IMG/VR virus record: IMGVR_UViG_2061766007_000025
From: an uncultured virus (IMG/VR IMGVR_UViG_2061766007_000025)
Lineage: Duplodnaviria > Heunggongvirae > Uroviricota > Caudoviricetes
DNA: 64,000 nucleotides
Reading direction: 5' to 3' (one strand)
The stretch's first letter is position 1; the number at the start of each line of letters is the position of its first letter. Made by a program: the position numbers and the translations under genes. A model generated the notes under the pieces. That model had not been told where the DNA came from. It did no database searches and saw only the letters and a list, made by a program, of their open reading frames with translations. Shown here in pieces: positions 48,794 to 59,871 of this stretch.

Positions 48794-49066
48794 TTATTTA
48801 GAAAAAAGATCTAGTTCTATCATTTTAACCGGATATATAGATGAATCATCATAATTATATACATCTGTATATTCTATAGGTCTAGGTGATAAAAATCCCC
48901 CTTTAAATTTAAACTTTCTAGTCATAATCTTTCCACAACGTTCACAACGAACTTTATAAGTACTAGAGTTAAGACTCTTATCACAATATCCTGTCTGTAT
49001 TATAGGAAATATAACTCTTACATTAGTATGATTACAGAATACTTGTTTTAATAATTTCTTTATCAT
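48794..49066 (-). CDS. Small Zn-binding protein
   Basis: FCNH...CERCGK. Confidence 0.6.
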   Translation of the reverse strand: MIKKLLKQVFCNHTNVRVIFPIIQTGYCDKSLNSSTYKVRCERCGKIMTRKFKFKGGFLSPRPIEYTDVYNYDDSSIYPVKMIELDLFSK

Positions 49067-49090
49067 TATTCATACACCTTCCTTTATAAT

Positions 49091-49244
49091 TTAAAAGTAT
49101 TATTTGGGTAAGGATTTGCACCTTACATGACCATTTCCTTGTCCGTCAGACCTTACCTACTCGTGCGCGCATTTCAGCGAAGGACTGGGTCGTTTGTGTT
49201 TATATTTGCATCTACCTATTTCAGCTCACCAAATAATACTTTAA
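49091..49244 (-). ncRNA. tRNA-Leu-like RNA without anticodon arm, copy 4
   Basis: AAAGTATTATTTGG/CCAAATAATACTTT stem, GAAATAGGTAGATGC D arm, ATGTAAGGTGCAAATCCTTAC T arm. Confidence 0.75.
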
Positions 49245-49248
49245 GTAA

Positions 49249-49404
49249 TTAAAAGCGTTTGCTTGGGTAGGGATTTGCAACACCCTACATGACAATATAT
49301 CTAAACATACTATTACTGAGATTCCTCTTCCGCTTATTAGGCGGCTGTTATTTGTCTTATAGCTAAGCGTCTACCTATTCCGCCACCAAGCTACTAACTT
49401 TTAA
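49249..49404 (-). ncRNA. tRNA-Leu-like RNA without anticodon arm, copy 5
   Basis: GCTTGG/CCAAGC stem, TGGCGGAATAGGTAGACGC D arm, GTAGGG..GCAAAT-CCCTAC T arm. Confidence 0.75.
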
Positions 49405-49407
49405 ATA

Positions 49408-50004
49408 CTACCTACTAGAAAAATCTAATACTCTATAATACATATATAGAGTTCTCCCAAGTTTCTTTTTATCTATACTTAGTTTTATCATCTGATGTTT
49501 ATTATCCATCTGATATACATCTATATTCATATTATCAGATTTGTTTAATGCTGGGAATCCATTAAACACTGGCATTATATATTGCTTATTTATATTATCA
49601 CCCTTATAGAATACATTACCATTATCTGTTTTAAGATTAAGATATGGCTGAAATAACTCACTGTCTTTTAGATTCTTCTCAGATGTATATAATGGGTATT
49701 CTACCATACAATAATCATGATACTTTCTTAATATATTATTAGCTAAATCAAAATCTGTTATTGGTATAAATGTTTCTCCCATAATATATTCATCGGTAAA
49801 AGTTCTATTATCTATAAATAACTTTCCTGCTGAAATGCATTCTTTAAGATGGCATCTATAAATAACGGTATCATATACTATAAGAATAAGATCATTAAAA
49901 TCTGTTACCATTATATTTGTATATGCTATATCTGATTTCTTTAATATAGAAGCCAAAAGATTCCTTATTATAGGAATCCTTTGGTCTGTATATAATAACT
50001 CCAT
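49408..50004 (-). CDS. Hypothetical protein
   Basis: 198 aa directly downstream of DNA polymerase gene. Confidence 0.7.
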   Translation of the reverse strand: MELLYTDQRIPIIRNLLASILKKSDIAYTNIMVTDFNDLILIVYDTVIYRCHLKECISAGKLFIDNRTFTDEYIMGETFIPITDFDLANNILRKYHDYCMVEYPLYTSEKNLKDSELFQPYLNLKTDNGNVFYKGDNINKQYIMPVFNGFPALNKSDNMNIDVYQMDNKHQMIKLSIDKKKLGRTLYMYYRVLDFSSR

Positions 50005-50008
50005 TTAC

Positions 50009-52370
50009 TTACCTCTTATAATCACTTATTATTCTCTGATATGTCATATCTTCATTGAGTTTATTATTAAATACAAATGCTTTTGTATGATCTCTACCAA
50101 ATTCTATTGGAGATACAGGTCCTTTTACTGTAGGAAGTATAGGACATACTGTACCTTGTAAATTATAACATGTAGAAGCAAGAGTAGAGAATCTTCCAAA
50201 AGACCTATTATTATAGAATTCATCAATATCTTTAATAAAGTCGGTTATATTAGCTAACTTAAACCATCTATGGCAGAATTCAATAATATTATCTACACTC
50301 ATATTATCAATAAACTCACCTGATCTAGAATATAACTCCATATCAGTATGATAAGTATTCTCATTATCATAAATCTTTTCTGCTATAATAATCTTTCCTA
50401 TCTGTGTATTAGGTGCAATATTGAATTCGCCCATAATAGAGGGGTACAACGATTTAAACGTATGCTTTAATATCATTTCGCTACTAATGATACCAGTTGT
50501 TATAAACTGCTTTAGGTATTACCTAAATGTCAAGATCATATCATTACCCACTTATTTCAGTTGGGGCACTCTTCTACTTCGAAACTCGCTTGAGTTCTAA
50601 CTCTATTTCTAGAGATGATCGTTGAACGTTCTATATTTCTATAGCTTCGCTGCTGATTAGACATTGTTAATAAGTTTTAGGACCTATATAATCTCGTTGT
50701 ATAATTATATAAGCTTTTATTTCACCATGACTCATCTCTCAACTTGTTTCCGACTTTCGTCACCATTAAGGTATGAGAGCTTTAGCCCTTCCCAGCAATT
50801 CAAAAGAGTTTTTCACTGTATATTCCTATACAATGCGACTTTTATGTTAATCGAAATCAATTAAGTTATCTACTATCCATATTGGTCTTCCATCAATATG
50901 CATTCTATATTTAGGACTAGTTTTAGCAGGATCATGTACTAATGCTCCTTGATACTTTGGTGCATTACCATTCCATTTATTGATATTATTACCAATAATA
51001 TATCCTTTCTTAAACCAGTCTGCAGCCATTCGATTTATGAGATATACTGTTTGTCTATGACCTTTCTTATAAGTAGTATTATTTACTACACACTTAGCAA
51101 ATATATACTCTAAGTCATTTGTTTTAGTTTCAATACATTTCTGTACTATAACGTCCATGATATTATATAAAACAAATGTTTCAAAGTCAAGATATGGAAG
51201 TTCTACTACAGATGTTGTTATATGACTATAGTCTAATTTATTAACACCTGCTTCTAGTTCTCCTATATCATCAAGTTTAGTAGACTTATACGACCCAATC
51301 TTTGATTTTCTTCTAGATGCATACTGTATCATCTGATCTATAAATACAGTATTACCAGATATGAATGTATAATCTCCACGTTCTGCTAATTCATTCTTAT
51401 GCCTTTCATCTATAAAATTAGCTACTACTTTTAAATCCCATGTTTGATCACACATAATATCTGCTGGATCATAACCTAATACTTTAATACGTTCTATGAT
51501 ATAAGGATTATCGAATCCACCACTGTTCCAACCTTCTGCAAAGTCTGGACTACACTTATGTATTATAGCAAATAGTTCTCTTAATAAATCTATTTCATAA
51601 TCATAAAATAAAAGATTATACTTAGTATTTAGAAGATTGAACTTCTTTGCTTTTTTCATTCCACCAACAGAATTTATGACAAACTCTCTTATTTCTTTTT
51701 GCCCTAATTCTCCAGATATTACTTTCTTTTCGAATTTTTCTATTAATGGATTATTCTTATTTCTAAGAATAAAAGTATATACATTATCTGTAGCTTCATC
51801 CATAAAAGATACACAGTTAATAGGGCATTCACCCATTTTAACAAAATCTTCTTCTGCACCTATACCATCAACTTCTATATCGTAGAATCCTTTTTTGATT
51901 TTAGGTATATTATTTTGATATGTCTGTGCAAATCGAAATCTATAATGATCTTCTATATCAGAGTCGGAAAAGAATATATTTGGATCTGTATGTAACTTCC
52001 TATTCTCCATTCTATTTCCTGCACGGATATTAGCTTTAAAGAAATCTACATTATCTGTTTCTTTAGCCAATTCATACTCCAAATCAGAAAATGGAACTTC
52101 TACAGGATGTACTTTTTCTCTTTCAATGAATAACCTATTATAATTTACATTAGGTTCATCATCATTTAGTTTATAGAATATATATGTTGGTTTGAATTTA
52201 ATTTTATGATGTTTAAGACCTGTTGTATTATCTATAAACACCATAACAAGGAAATCATCCATTACTTTTTTACCATCTTCAAACGTAGCACGTTTGTAAT
52301 AGGTATTTAATATAGTTAAATCAGCACCTTCTCTAAATTCAGGTTCTGTTATACCTTGAAGCATTCCCAT
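50009..52370 (-). CDS. Family B DNA polymerase, exonuclease plus motif A half of a split enzyme; exons 52370-50850 and 50458-50009
   Basis: Exo motifs FYDIEVD, GWNSGGFDNPY, KLDDIG, YNIMDV; YQGALV; splicing restores DFD^FKSLYPSI (656 aa); motifs B and C absent. Confidence 0.9.
50459..50849 (-). ncRNA. Group I intron in DNA polymerase motif A
   Basis: P1 CGAU/GUCG with U.G, AATTGCTGGGAA, AATCAGCAGCGAAG, TTCAACGATCA, ATATGATC, terminal G before TTT AAA TCG. Confidence 0.92.
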
Positions 52371-52508
52371 ATGATTTATTTCCTCTCTTATATATTTTAT
52401 GATTTATTACTTTGTTTTTCTGACATTAGATTTCTACCCGATGCACATCTTATTAATATAATATATTATTTTAAATAATTTTTGTCTTTCTAGAAATGGA
52501 GGAATACT

Positions 52509-53579
52509 ATGTCATTTGATTTTATTAATGGTTACCAACAACCACAGGGTATGGGAGCTCCTATGCCACAGTATACTGTACAGAATATATATCAGCAACC
52601 TATGCAACAGCCAACGAGACAACCTACAAAAGAAGAATTAGAGATTATGAACTATCAGCCACCTAAGATTGTATCTGGTGGAATTAAGTTTCATATTAAG
52701 GATGAAAATAGTTCTGACCTTAATATTCCTGTACCTGTAGGAGGCACCACAGAAGAACATAAGAGAAGAGGAAGACCTAAGAAAGATGATTCAGAATCTA
52801 CAGAGATTATTAGAGGTTCTAAAGCAGAAGTAGGAACTGTAGAAGATATACCTACAGCATATACTTATATGAGAACTACAGAGTTATTAAGAGATACTCT
52901 TAATGATATTGATGGTTTGAATAGTGAGCTTATGCAGGAATTTAATACTGTAAAGCAATCAAGAACTATGAAGAATAAGTATAATGTTATGATTGGCTTA
53001 TCTGAGAATATTGGAGACTTAATTAATAATAAGATATCTGCTATCAAAGAAATTAATAGTTGTATATCTAAATCTAATGATCTTGATTATAAGAAAGCTA
53101 AAGACTTTAGAGCAGCTAATGCTAATGTAGATGATGATAAATATATTGCAGATCTTTATAAATCATTTATAACTAATAATAGTCAACAGCAAGTACCACA
53201 ATACTTACAGAATGCTCCTGCTATGGATACTTCATTATTTGGTTCTTCTGGTATTATTAGAGCTACTACAGATAATAAGGGAGATGTTGGATATCTTAAT
53301 TATGTATCTAACTTATCACCAGAACAGAATGCTATGAGATACGAAGGTAATAATAACGTTAAACAAGTTATTGTATTTGATGCTGCTACAGGTCATAGAT
53401 TCTTCCAGTACATGGATATGTCTACAGGACAAGTAGTTCCAAATATGCCTGTAATGGATGATATGTTCCTTGAAGACTTTACTATAGATCTTAAGTCAAA
53501 GACAGCTAAGAATACAAATCTTAGAATGACTATGGATGTAGTAGTTATTAATGAAGATAGTGTACAGGCACAGTATTAA
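52509..53579 (+). CDS. Hypothetical protein with Q/P-rich N-terminus, AT-hook-like RRGRPK and coiled coil
   Basis: 356 aa, GGAGG RBS, CACA-N6-TA variant upstream. Confidence 0.7.
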   Translation: MSFDFINGYQQPQGMGAPMPQYTVQNIYQQPMQQPTRQPTKEELEIMNYQPPKIVSGGIKFHIKDENSSDLNIPVPVGGTTEEHKRRGRPKKDDSESTEIIRGSKAEVGTVEDIPTAYTYMRTTELLRDTLNDIDGLNSELMQEFNTVKQSRTMKNKYNVMIGLSENIGDLINNKISAIKEINSCISKSNDLDYKKAKDFRAANANVDDDKYIADLYKSFITNNSQQQVPQYLQNAPAMDTSLFGSSGIIRATTDNKGDVGYLNYVSNLSPEQNAMRYEGNNNVKQVIVFDAATGHRFFQYMDMSTGQVVPNMPVMDDMFLEDFTIDLKSKTAKNTNLRMTMDVVVINEDSVQAQY

Positions 53580-53591
53580 ACAAAAAATAAA

Positions 53592-53617
53592 CCCTCTGGA
53601 GATTATACTCCAGAGGG
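53592..53617. terminator. Bidirectional terminator-like hairpin
   Basis: CCCTCTGGAG/CTCCAGAGGG between convergent genes. Confidence 0.75.
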
Positions 53618-53627
53618 ATATTTTGTT

Positions 53628-53990
53628 TTAGAAACTAAAGAAATTGTCATTAGGATTAATGATAACTTTACCTCTTACTGATCCATCAACAGATCTAGCA
53701 TTACCTTTTTCAAGTCTATCAGCAATAGGCACAGCATCCTTTACAACATGAAACTCTTTTGGTTTCGTTGCAGGAGCTTTAAGTTCATTAATTCTTTTCT
53801 TAGCATCCATAACCTTATCGGCTAATTCTGCTTTTTCTACATCATTATGAGAAACTTTAATAAGGTTTTCCCAATATTTAACAGAATGTTGTAATGAAGC
53901 AAGTTCTTCATTCTCTTTTTCTGCTAACATAGGTGTTTCTTCTGTAGTAACTTCATCTGCAAAGTTTTGTCTTTTATTCTTCTTACTCAT
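53628..53990 (-). CDS. Hypothetical protein
   Basis: 120 aa, GGAGG RBS. Confidence 0.65.
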   Translation of the reverse strand: MSKKNKRQNFADEVTTEETPMLAEKENEELASLQHSVKYWENLIKVSHNDVEKAELADKVMDAKKRINELKAPATKPKEFHVVKDAVPIADRLEKGNARSVDGSVRGKVIINPNDNFFSF

Positions 53991-54052
53991 ATAGAACCTC
54001 CAATTAGTAGTATATAATATTTCTATTATTTAAATGTGACCACTGTATCATT

Positions 54053-56746
54053 CTACAATGCATCATAATCATATATGATATTTCCAGCTAATTGTATATC
54101 AAAGTTATCATAACTTTTAAGCTTTATAATATCTACAGCAGATGTATCTGCTTCTAATAGATTATGAGATATGATGAACAACTGATCAATGTTAAGTAAA
54201 GGTATCATTCTATATAAAATATTTATAAAGTTTGATCTATTAATACTATCTAATGGTGATTCTATCTCATCTAGTCTAGCAATATTAAATTTTGTAGATG
54301 CTTGATGTAATAATACAAGATTAATTATCATACTCATCATACATACCTGAGAAGCAGAACCAGATGATATATCATCTACTGCTAGACCAGAACCGATAAA
54401 AGGAATTCTAAACTCAGAATCATTTATAACAAAATCTAATAGTCTATATTCTCCACCAAATAGCATAGCTAATATCTGATTAGCTATCTCTAAAGTTTTA
54501 GACATATAGAGTTGCATAAATAATACCTGAATCCCACCATTTGTAGGTGAACAGTACTTCTTAAGAATCTCTATGGTTTCATAGTTTTGTTTATATTCAT
54601 TATATTCCCCAATATAAGAATCTAATAATGTGAGTTGCCCATTTAATCTAGATATTTCTGTAGTAATAGGAACTGCTTCATTAGTCAAAGCAGTTATAGT
54701 ATTATTATATTCATTTATCTTTGATACTTCAGACAAAGCATTAGCAGATTTTTTATTAATACTTTCTATTTGTTCCTCATAGATTTCTTTTCTAGGAAGT
54801 AGTTCTTTAGTAAGTTTTTCATAATTATCTTTATAATCTTTATATGAAGATAAGTTATTCTGTAACTTTTCTTTTAGATTATAATAAGATTCATAATTAT
54901 TCTTTGCTTCTATAGAATCTTTTAATAACTGATCCCTTTCTGCTTCTAGTTTAGTTAACAGATCTTTATTAATCTTAATATTAGCTTCTTTGGCTTTATA
55001 AGCTTCTAGTTCTATAGCAAGTTTATCTAATACTATAGATTCTTCACTAAGCATTTTAAGATAATTTAATCCATCTCTTAATCTCTGAGGATCTCGTATA
55101 TTATTAAATGGATTCATAGAAGCTATACTTGTCATTACCGTTTCTATATTTTTGAGCTCTGGAATATTAAGTTTTGAAAATTTAGGCATATTTTTTAGAA
55201 TACCATCTGTAATTGCACGTAATATCGTGTATTTAGAACGCCTGAAATTCTCCTGACGCATTTTCTCATCTATCTCCGTAGTAGTATACGAGATATCCAT
55301 TAAAACGTCTTGTAGAGCCGATAATTCATCTTCTAACTTTTTATTACCTAAAGCTTTCTTTAACTTAATACTATCTGCTACAAAAGGGCAATCATCTATT
55401 TTACATTTAGATGGTCTATTATTCAATATAGCAATCTTCTTCATATCTTCTCTTATCTGAGATATTATATCTTGCGTCTTTACATTCTTTATATCTAACT
55501 CTGCTAATTGCTTTCCTAGATCATTATAAAGATTATCATCATAATGATAAACAATATAGTCCATATCATCAATAGTACAATCAGAATATAAAGAATCAAT
55601 AGATTCACAAAAAGTTTCAAAATACTCTATTAAAGAAGATATAGTTACTATAAGTTCTGTATCACAAGGAATCTTTAAAGAGTTTAATTCTTTTATAATA
55701 TCATCATATCTATTCTTACTTGCATTATATTCTTCTTCTACATTAGAAGATATACTAGACATAGAAAAAGATTCTATAGCAGCATTAGCAGAATTGATAG
55801 AATCAGAATTAGATTTAATTCTATCAGATATGTCCAACCAAGATTTATGATAATTATTAGCTAATGTATTATATTCAGATATATTATTGACTGTCTCTTC
55901 ATACTTAGCTACAATATCTTCTTCTTTAATCTTTGTACTATTACGAAGAACTGCTATTTTATCTTCTGTTAATGATATACCTAGATTTAAATCTCTTAGC
56001 TTGCTATTGAGCTTATTTAACTCTTCTGCTTCTGCCGGATCTATAGTACTTTTAGCTTTTATAGTAACTATAAGATTATTTAAATCCATTATCTTACTCG
56101 ATATAGATCTTTCCTGTTCTTGTAATGATTTTAATGTAGATTCTATATTATCTTTAGAACCTATATTCTGTATTTTAGTATGTAGATTATTTATATGAGA
56201 CCTATAAGCTATAGATTGTTTATTTAAAGTCTTATACATATCATTATAAGTCTCAAGATTCTCTACTATACTAGCAGCAAACTTTTTTCGTTCTGCAGGT
56301 GTCTTATTACCAAGACCCTTATCATCTATAGATATCTTAGTAAGAGATATAAAGTTAGAATCTAATTCAAACTCAGAAAAAATAATATCCTTATATGATG
56401 TAACATTTCCATTAGGATTCATTTCTACACCGTTCTTCTGTATGAAAGCTTTTGTTGTCTTTCTTCCACCAGAAGAATCGGCTGTAGAAATGATTTGTAT
56501 ATCATATAGATCACCCATGTGAGTTAATCCTAATAGCTTCTCTGCATCTTTGCCTGGAACAAAAGATGAGGATCCATCAGGAAATATAGTAAGTGCATTC
56601 ATTAATGTAGATTTACCTACACCATTAGCACCTGCTATCAATATGATATTATTTTTACACCTTGAAAAATCAATACTAACTTCAGATAATCCCATACCAT
56701 TAAAGAAACCTATATAGTTTTTAAACTTAGCATATGTAAATTTCAT
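54053..56746 (-). CDS. sbcC: SbcC/Rad50-like SMC ATPase
   Basis: Walker A GANGVGKS, long coiled coils with central CKIDDCPF hook, SSGS signature, Walker B ARLDE, ISHN. Confidence 0.9.
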   Translation of the reverse strand: MKFTYAKFKNYIGFFNGMGLSEVSIDFSRCKNNIILIAGANGVGKSTLMNALTIFPDGSSSFVPGKDAEKLLGLTHMGDLYDIQIISTADSSGGRKTTKAFIQKNGVEMNPNGNVTSYKDIIFSEFELDSNFISLTKISIDDKGLGNKTPAERKKFAASIVENLETYNDMYKTLNKQSIAYRSHINNLHTKIQNIGSKDNIESTLKSLQEQERSISSKIMDLNNLIVTIKAKSTIDPAEAEELNKLNSKLRDLNLGISLTEDKIAVLRNSTKIKEEDIVAKYEETVNNISEYNTLANNYHKSWLDISDRIKSNSDSINSANAAIESFSMSSISSNVEEEYNASKNRYDDIIKELNSLKIPCDTELIVTISSLIEYFETFCESIDSLYSDCTIDDMDYIVYHYDDNLYNDLGKQLAELDIKNVKTQDIISQIREDMKKIAILNNRPSKCKIDDCPFVADSIKLKKALGNKKLEDELSALQDVLMDISYTTTEIDEKMRQENFRRSKYTILRAITDGILKNMPKFSKLNIPELKNIETVMTSIASMNPFNNIRDPQRLRDGLNYLKMLSEESIVLDKLAIELEAYKAKEANIKINKDLLTKLEAERDQLLKDSIEAKNNYESYYNLKEKLQNNLSSYKDYKDNYEKLTKELLPRKEIYEEQIESINKKSANALSEVSKINEYNNTITALTNEAVPITTEISRLNGQLTLLDSYIGEYNEYKQNYETIEILKKYCSPTNGGIQVLFMQLYMSKTLEIANQILAMLFGGEYRLLDFVINDSEFRIPFIGSGLAVDDISSGSASQVCMMSMIINLVLLHQASTKFNIARLDEIESPLDSINRSNFINILYRMIPLLNIDQLFIISHNLLEADTSAVDIIKLKSYDNFDIQLAGNIIYDYDAL

Positions 56747-56805
56747 ATAACTATAACTCCCTTAAAGTAAAATAATTATCTATAAGTGATAGGTATGTTA
56801 TAATT

Positions 56806-57129
56806 CTAATTACCTTTTATAGTATTAATCTTATTTCCATCGATAGATCTCTTATTTAACAAATTGAATATCTCCTGTTTGATACTAGGATCTGTAGGAT
56901 AAGGTGCCATATGACCTTCATCATCTCTTTCCCAGAGAATACTGTATATAGCACCACAGCAGTTACATCTGATATGATCAAATGGATGTAATTCAGATTT
57001 ACATGGCTTTCCGAATATATCAACCATTTCTAATGTACCTTCTTTACCACATTTAACACACATATTAGAATTAAATCTAATAGGGTAATGTGTCTCCTTT
57101 AACTTAATATCAACATTAACGTTAAACAT
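56806..57129 (-). CDS. Zn-ribbon protein
   Basis: CVKC...CNCC. Confidence 0.65.
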   Translation of the reverse strand: MFNVNVDIKLKETHYPIRFNSNMCVKCGKEGTLEMVDIFGKPCKSELHPFDHIRCNCCGAIYSILWERDDEGHMAPYPTDPSIKQEIFNLLNKRSIDGNKINTIKGN

Positions 57130-57142
57130 AGATATTCTCTCC

Positions 57143-57949
57143 TTATACTTGTTGTAGTTTAGTATATATCTTATTGCATATATCTGCTACTTTTGTATCT
57201 GAAACTGAATCATGTAAATTCCATATACTTTCTAATAACTTAGGAAGTTCGACTGATAAAACCAATACAGGATATATATGATCAAACTCTGTAAAACTAT
57301 ATTTATTTCCTATAAAATCTCTGAGTATACCAAAGAATGTTTTATAATATAGATATATAAATCTACTATCAGCTTCAGTCTGAGAAGATATTACCAATGA
57401 TCTAGCATCTTTTTTGATACTATTAGTATATAATGAATATCTAGAAGATGACATTGGCAACTTGGCAGATGATGCAATATATGCATCCATATATGATAAG
57501 ATAATATGACACATTATCTGTATTAACTGGTTATCTGTATACTTCTTATTTGTAGAACCGATAAAGTAAGATAAGAATATCATATTACTCTCGGATGCAG
57601 GAGAAAAATGTACCGATAAAGTATCATGAATCATAAGTTTATCAAACTTATCAACTTCAAATAGTCTAAGTTTGATATTACCTTTGTCAGGTATGATAGT
57701 TCTATACTTATGAATATTATTATCTCTAATGAATATAGCTTCATTCATAAGTAATTTAGAAGTATCAGAATTATAATACTTCTTAGATTGCTCCTGAACT
57801 GCGTACAGAAAATCATTTATAACTTTATCATACAAATATATTAAGTTTTCTTTAATAGTACCAAAGAATTCTTCTAATGTAGAATCAAACTGTAATAAGT
57901 CTGCACTAAACATAGGATTTTGTTTTGAAACTTTGTCTATTAATAACAT
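57143..57949 (-). CDS. Hypothetical protein
   Basis: 268 aa. Confidence 0.7.
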   Translation of the reverse strand: MLLIDKVSKQNPMFSADLLQFDSTLEEFFGTIKENLIYLYDKVINDFLYAVQEQSKKYYNSDTSKLLMNEAIFIRDNNIHKYRTIIPDKGNIKLRLFEVDKFDKLMIHDTLSVHFSPASESNMIFLSYFIGSTNKKYTDNQLIQIMCHIILSYMDAYIASSAKLPMSSSRYSLYTNSIKKDARSLVISSQTEADSRFIYLYYKTFFGILRDFIGNKYSFTEFDHIYPVLVLSVELPKLLESIWNLHDSVSDTKVADICNKIYTKLQQV

Positions 57950-57986
57950 ATATTATTCCTTTCATCAAATAAAAAGGACCAGGATA

Positions 57987-59858
57987 TTACTCCTGGCCCT
58001 CATTATCTGAATCGTCTTCATCATCACTTGCAAAGAAACCACTATCTGTTTCTTCATTTATGATTGTAAATAATGACTTCTTAGCACTCTTTACAACTTC
58101 TGGTGTACCCATAGCTAATTCAGCAGCTAATGCAGTATATTGAATATTAGGATCTATTAAACTTACAATAGGACAAACAATCTTACTTAACTCTAACTGT
58201 TCTTCCTCTATCCTTGTTCTTATATCTTTATAATCTGGATCTGGTTTATCATTCATATAAGCTATAGGATTTATAGTTCCTTGTTTATATTCTTCATTTA
58301 ACTTCTTATATGATTCTCTCCATGTATTAGGTTCTTCATACTCAGAGAAAGATTTATCATATAATTTAGTCATTGGGCAAATCATACCAGACATACCAGG
58401 ATCAGAGTTAGAACTAGAATCTAAGTCTAATATTCCTACATGACTTGGATCTACATAACGATATATTGGCTGTACAGATGCACCATCTTCACCAAGACCC
58501 GATATACCTTTATATGTAAACTTTAATGCTGTAAGTGCATCATCATCATTTACTAAATCACGATAAGATACTAAGTTAGATAACCCTGATACATTATTTA
58601 ATACATACAATGGATTAGTATATATAGCCTGGACTACCTTCTTTAGTGTAACCTTCTTACCTAAATCAGATATTCTATACATACCCTGATTGATCTTCTT
58701 AGCATATATAGCAGAAATATAATCTGCTATTCTTATACGTTTAGTACGTATATCTACATTTTCTTTGATTCTTAACTCAGAGAATTCTCTTAATAACCAT
58801 CTAATGATAGTATATATATTCTCTTTATCTTCATCAGGCAAATGCAGATCTCTCTTGGTTATATTATCATAAATACCATCTATAGAATCAAGAACAAATA
58901 ATCCTTTATCTATAGTACCATTCTTAAATGCTATACCAAGATTCTTTAACCAATATCTGATATCAAATAATGCTTCTATGGTTGCATCTTTATTGATTCC
59001 ATCAATAATAGTAGCGACAAAAGACTGAACCATAGCATCCTGAAAACATACTTTAGGAGCAGATACATAAATCCCATTCTTCTCGAAGCATACAAAATCT
59101 GGATTGGTATTCTGAACTCTATCAATCCATACACAATCTATACCTAGAAAATCTGATGCTCCATAAATTCCGAAATGAGCTAATATATAATACATAGCAG
59201 ATACTACATTATTAAATATAATAGTATTATATTCTATAACATTTATAGTTGTATCTGTATTTAATTCATGCATCTCACGTAATGATCTGAAAACTCTTAT
59301 TGGCATAAACATAGTCTTCATAGTTACTGTATCAGACTTAGCTTGACTAGCATTGATATTATTATAAGTACTACCATCTATAACCTGGAAAGTTGTAGTA
59401 TAATAATTACCATTAAGTCTAAAATAATAACCTTTTACAAATCTAGGTAATGCGATAAGAACTTCAAGAGTTTGTTCAGGATTCATTACTTCTATAGTCT
59501 TACCATCAATCTCTTGTCTCTCTAATCCATTATGACGAACTAACCATATTATTTTACATAGCATCATATCAGTATCATTAATATTGATATAATCAAATGT
59601 ATTCTCTGTCTTAGAATTCTTTTTCCTTCTATTTTCTTCATGCTCCCTTAATGTATTATGAATCTTCTCATAATCATATATAGGTTCGAAACTAAGAAGT
59701 TTAAGAGTAAAATACTTATCTCGTTCCATAGAACGAACAACTTGCTCTATAGAGTTCATAATTTCCTGATTATCTCTTTTAAAGAGTTCAGGATTAAAAT
59801 GCTCTCTGTATTTATCATTGAATGAATGAATAAATTCACTCTGATTAGTTAATCCCAT
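57987..59858 (-). CDS. RNA polymerase beta-like subunit, N-terminal half (probably non-virion RNAP)
   Basis: YFRLNGNYY...Q, KRIR, KGISGL, RYVDPSHVGILDLDSSSNSDPGMSG (cf. [23 protein letters not shown]). Confidence 0.85.
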   Translation of the reverse strand: MGLTNQSEFIHSFNDKYREHFNPELFKRDNQEIMNSIEQVVRSMERDKYFTLKLLSFEPIYDYEKIHNTLREHEENRRKKNSKTENTFDYININDTDMMLCKIIWLVRHNGLERQEIDGKTIEVMNPEQTLEVLIALPRFVKGYYFRLNGNYYTTTFQVIDGSTYNNINASQAKSDTVTMKTMFMPIRVFRSLREMHELNTDTTINVIEYNTIIFNNVVSAMYYILAHFGIYGASDFLGIDCVWIDRVQNTNPDFVCFEKNGIYVSAPKVCFQDAMVQSFVATIIDGINKDATIEALFDIRYWLKNLGIAFKNGTIDKGLFVLDSIDGIYDNITKRDLHLPDEDKENIYTIIRWLLREFSELRIKENVDIRTKRIRIADYISAIYAKKINQGMYRISDLGKKVTLKKVVQAIYTNPLYVLNNVSGLSNLVSYRDLVNDDDALTALKFTYKGISGLGEDGASVQPIYRYVDPSHVGILDLDSSSNSDPGMSGMICPMTKLYDKSFSEYEEPNTWRESYKKLNEEYKQGTINPIAYMNDKPDPDYKDIRTRIEEEQLELSKIVCPIVSLIDPNIQYTALAAELAMGTPEVVKSAKKSLFTIINEETDSGFFASDDEDDSDNEGQE

Positions 59859-59871
59859 TTGTCATTCCCTC

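Noticed and set aside
49249..49404. Canonical tRNA-Leu genes
   Set aside because: No 5-bp/7-nt anticodon arm, non-canonical T loop, no CCA, oversized central region
50664..50864. 66-aa plus-strand ORF in the polymerase intron
   Set aside because: Antisense to the ribozyme core, no RBS or motif
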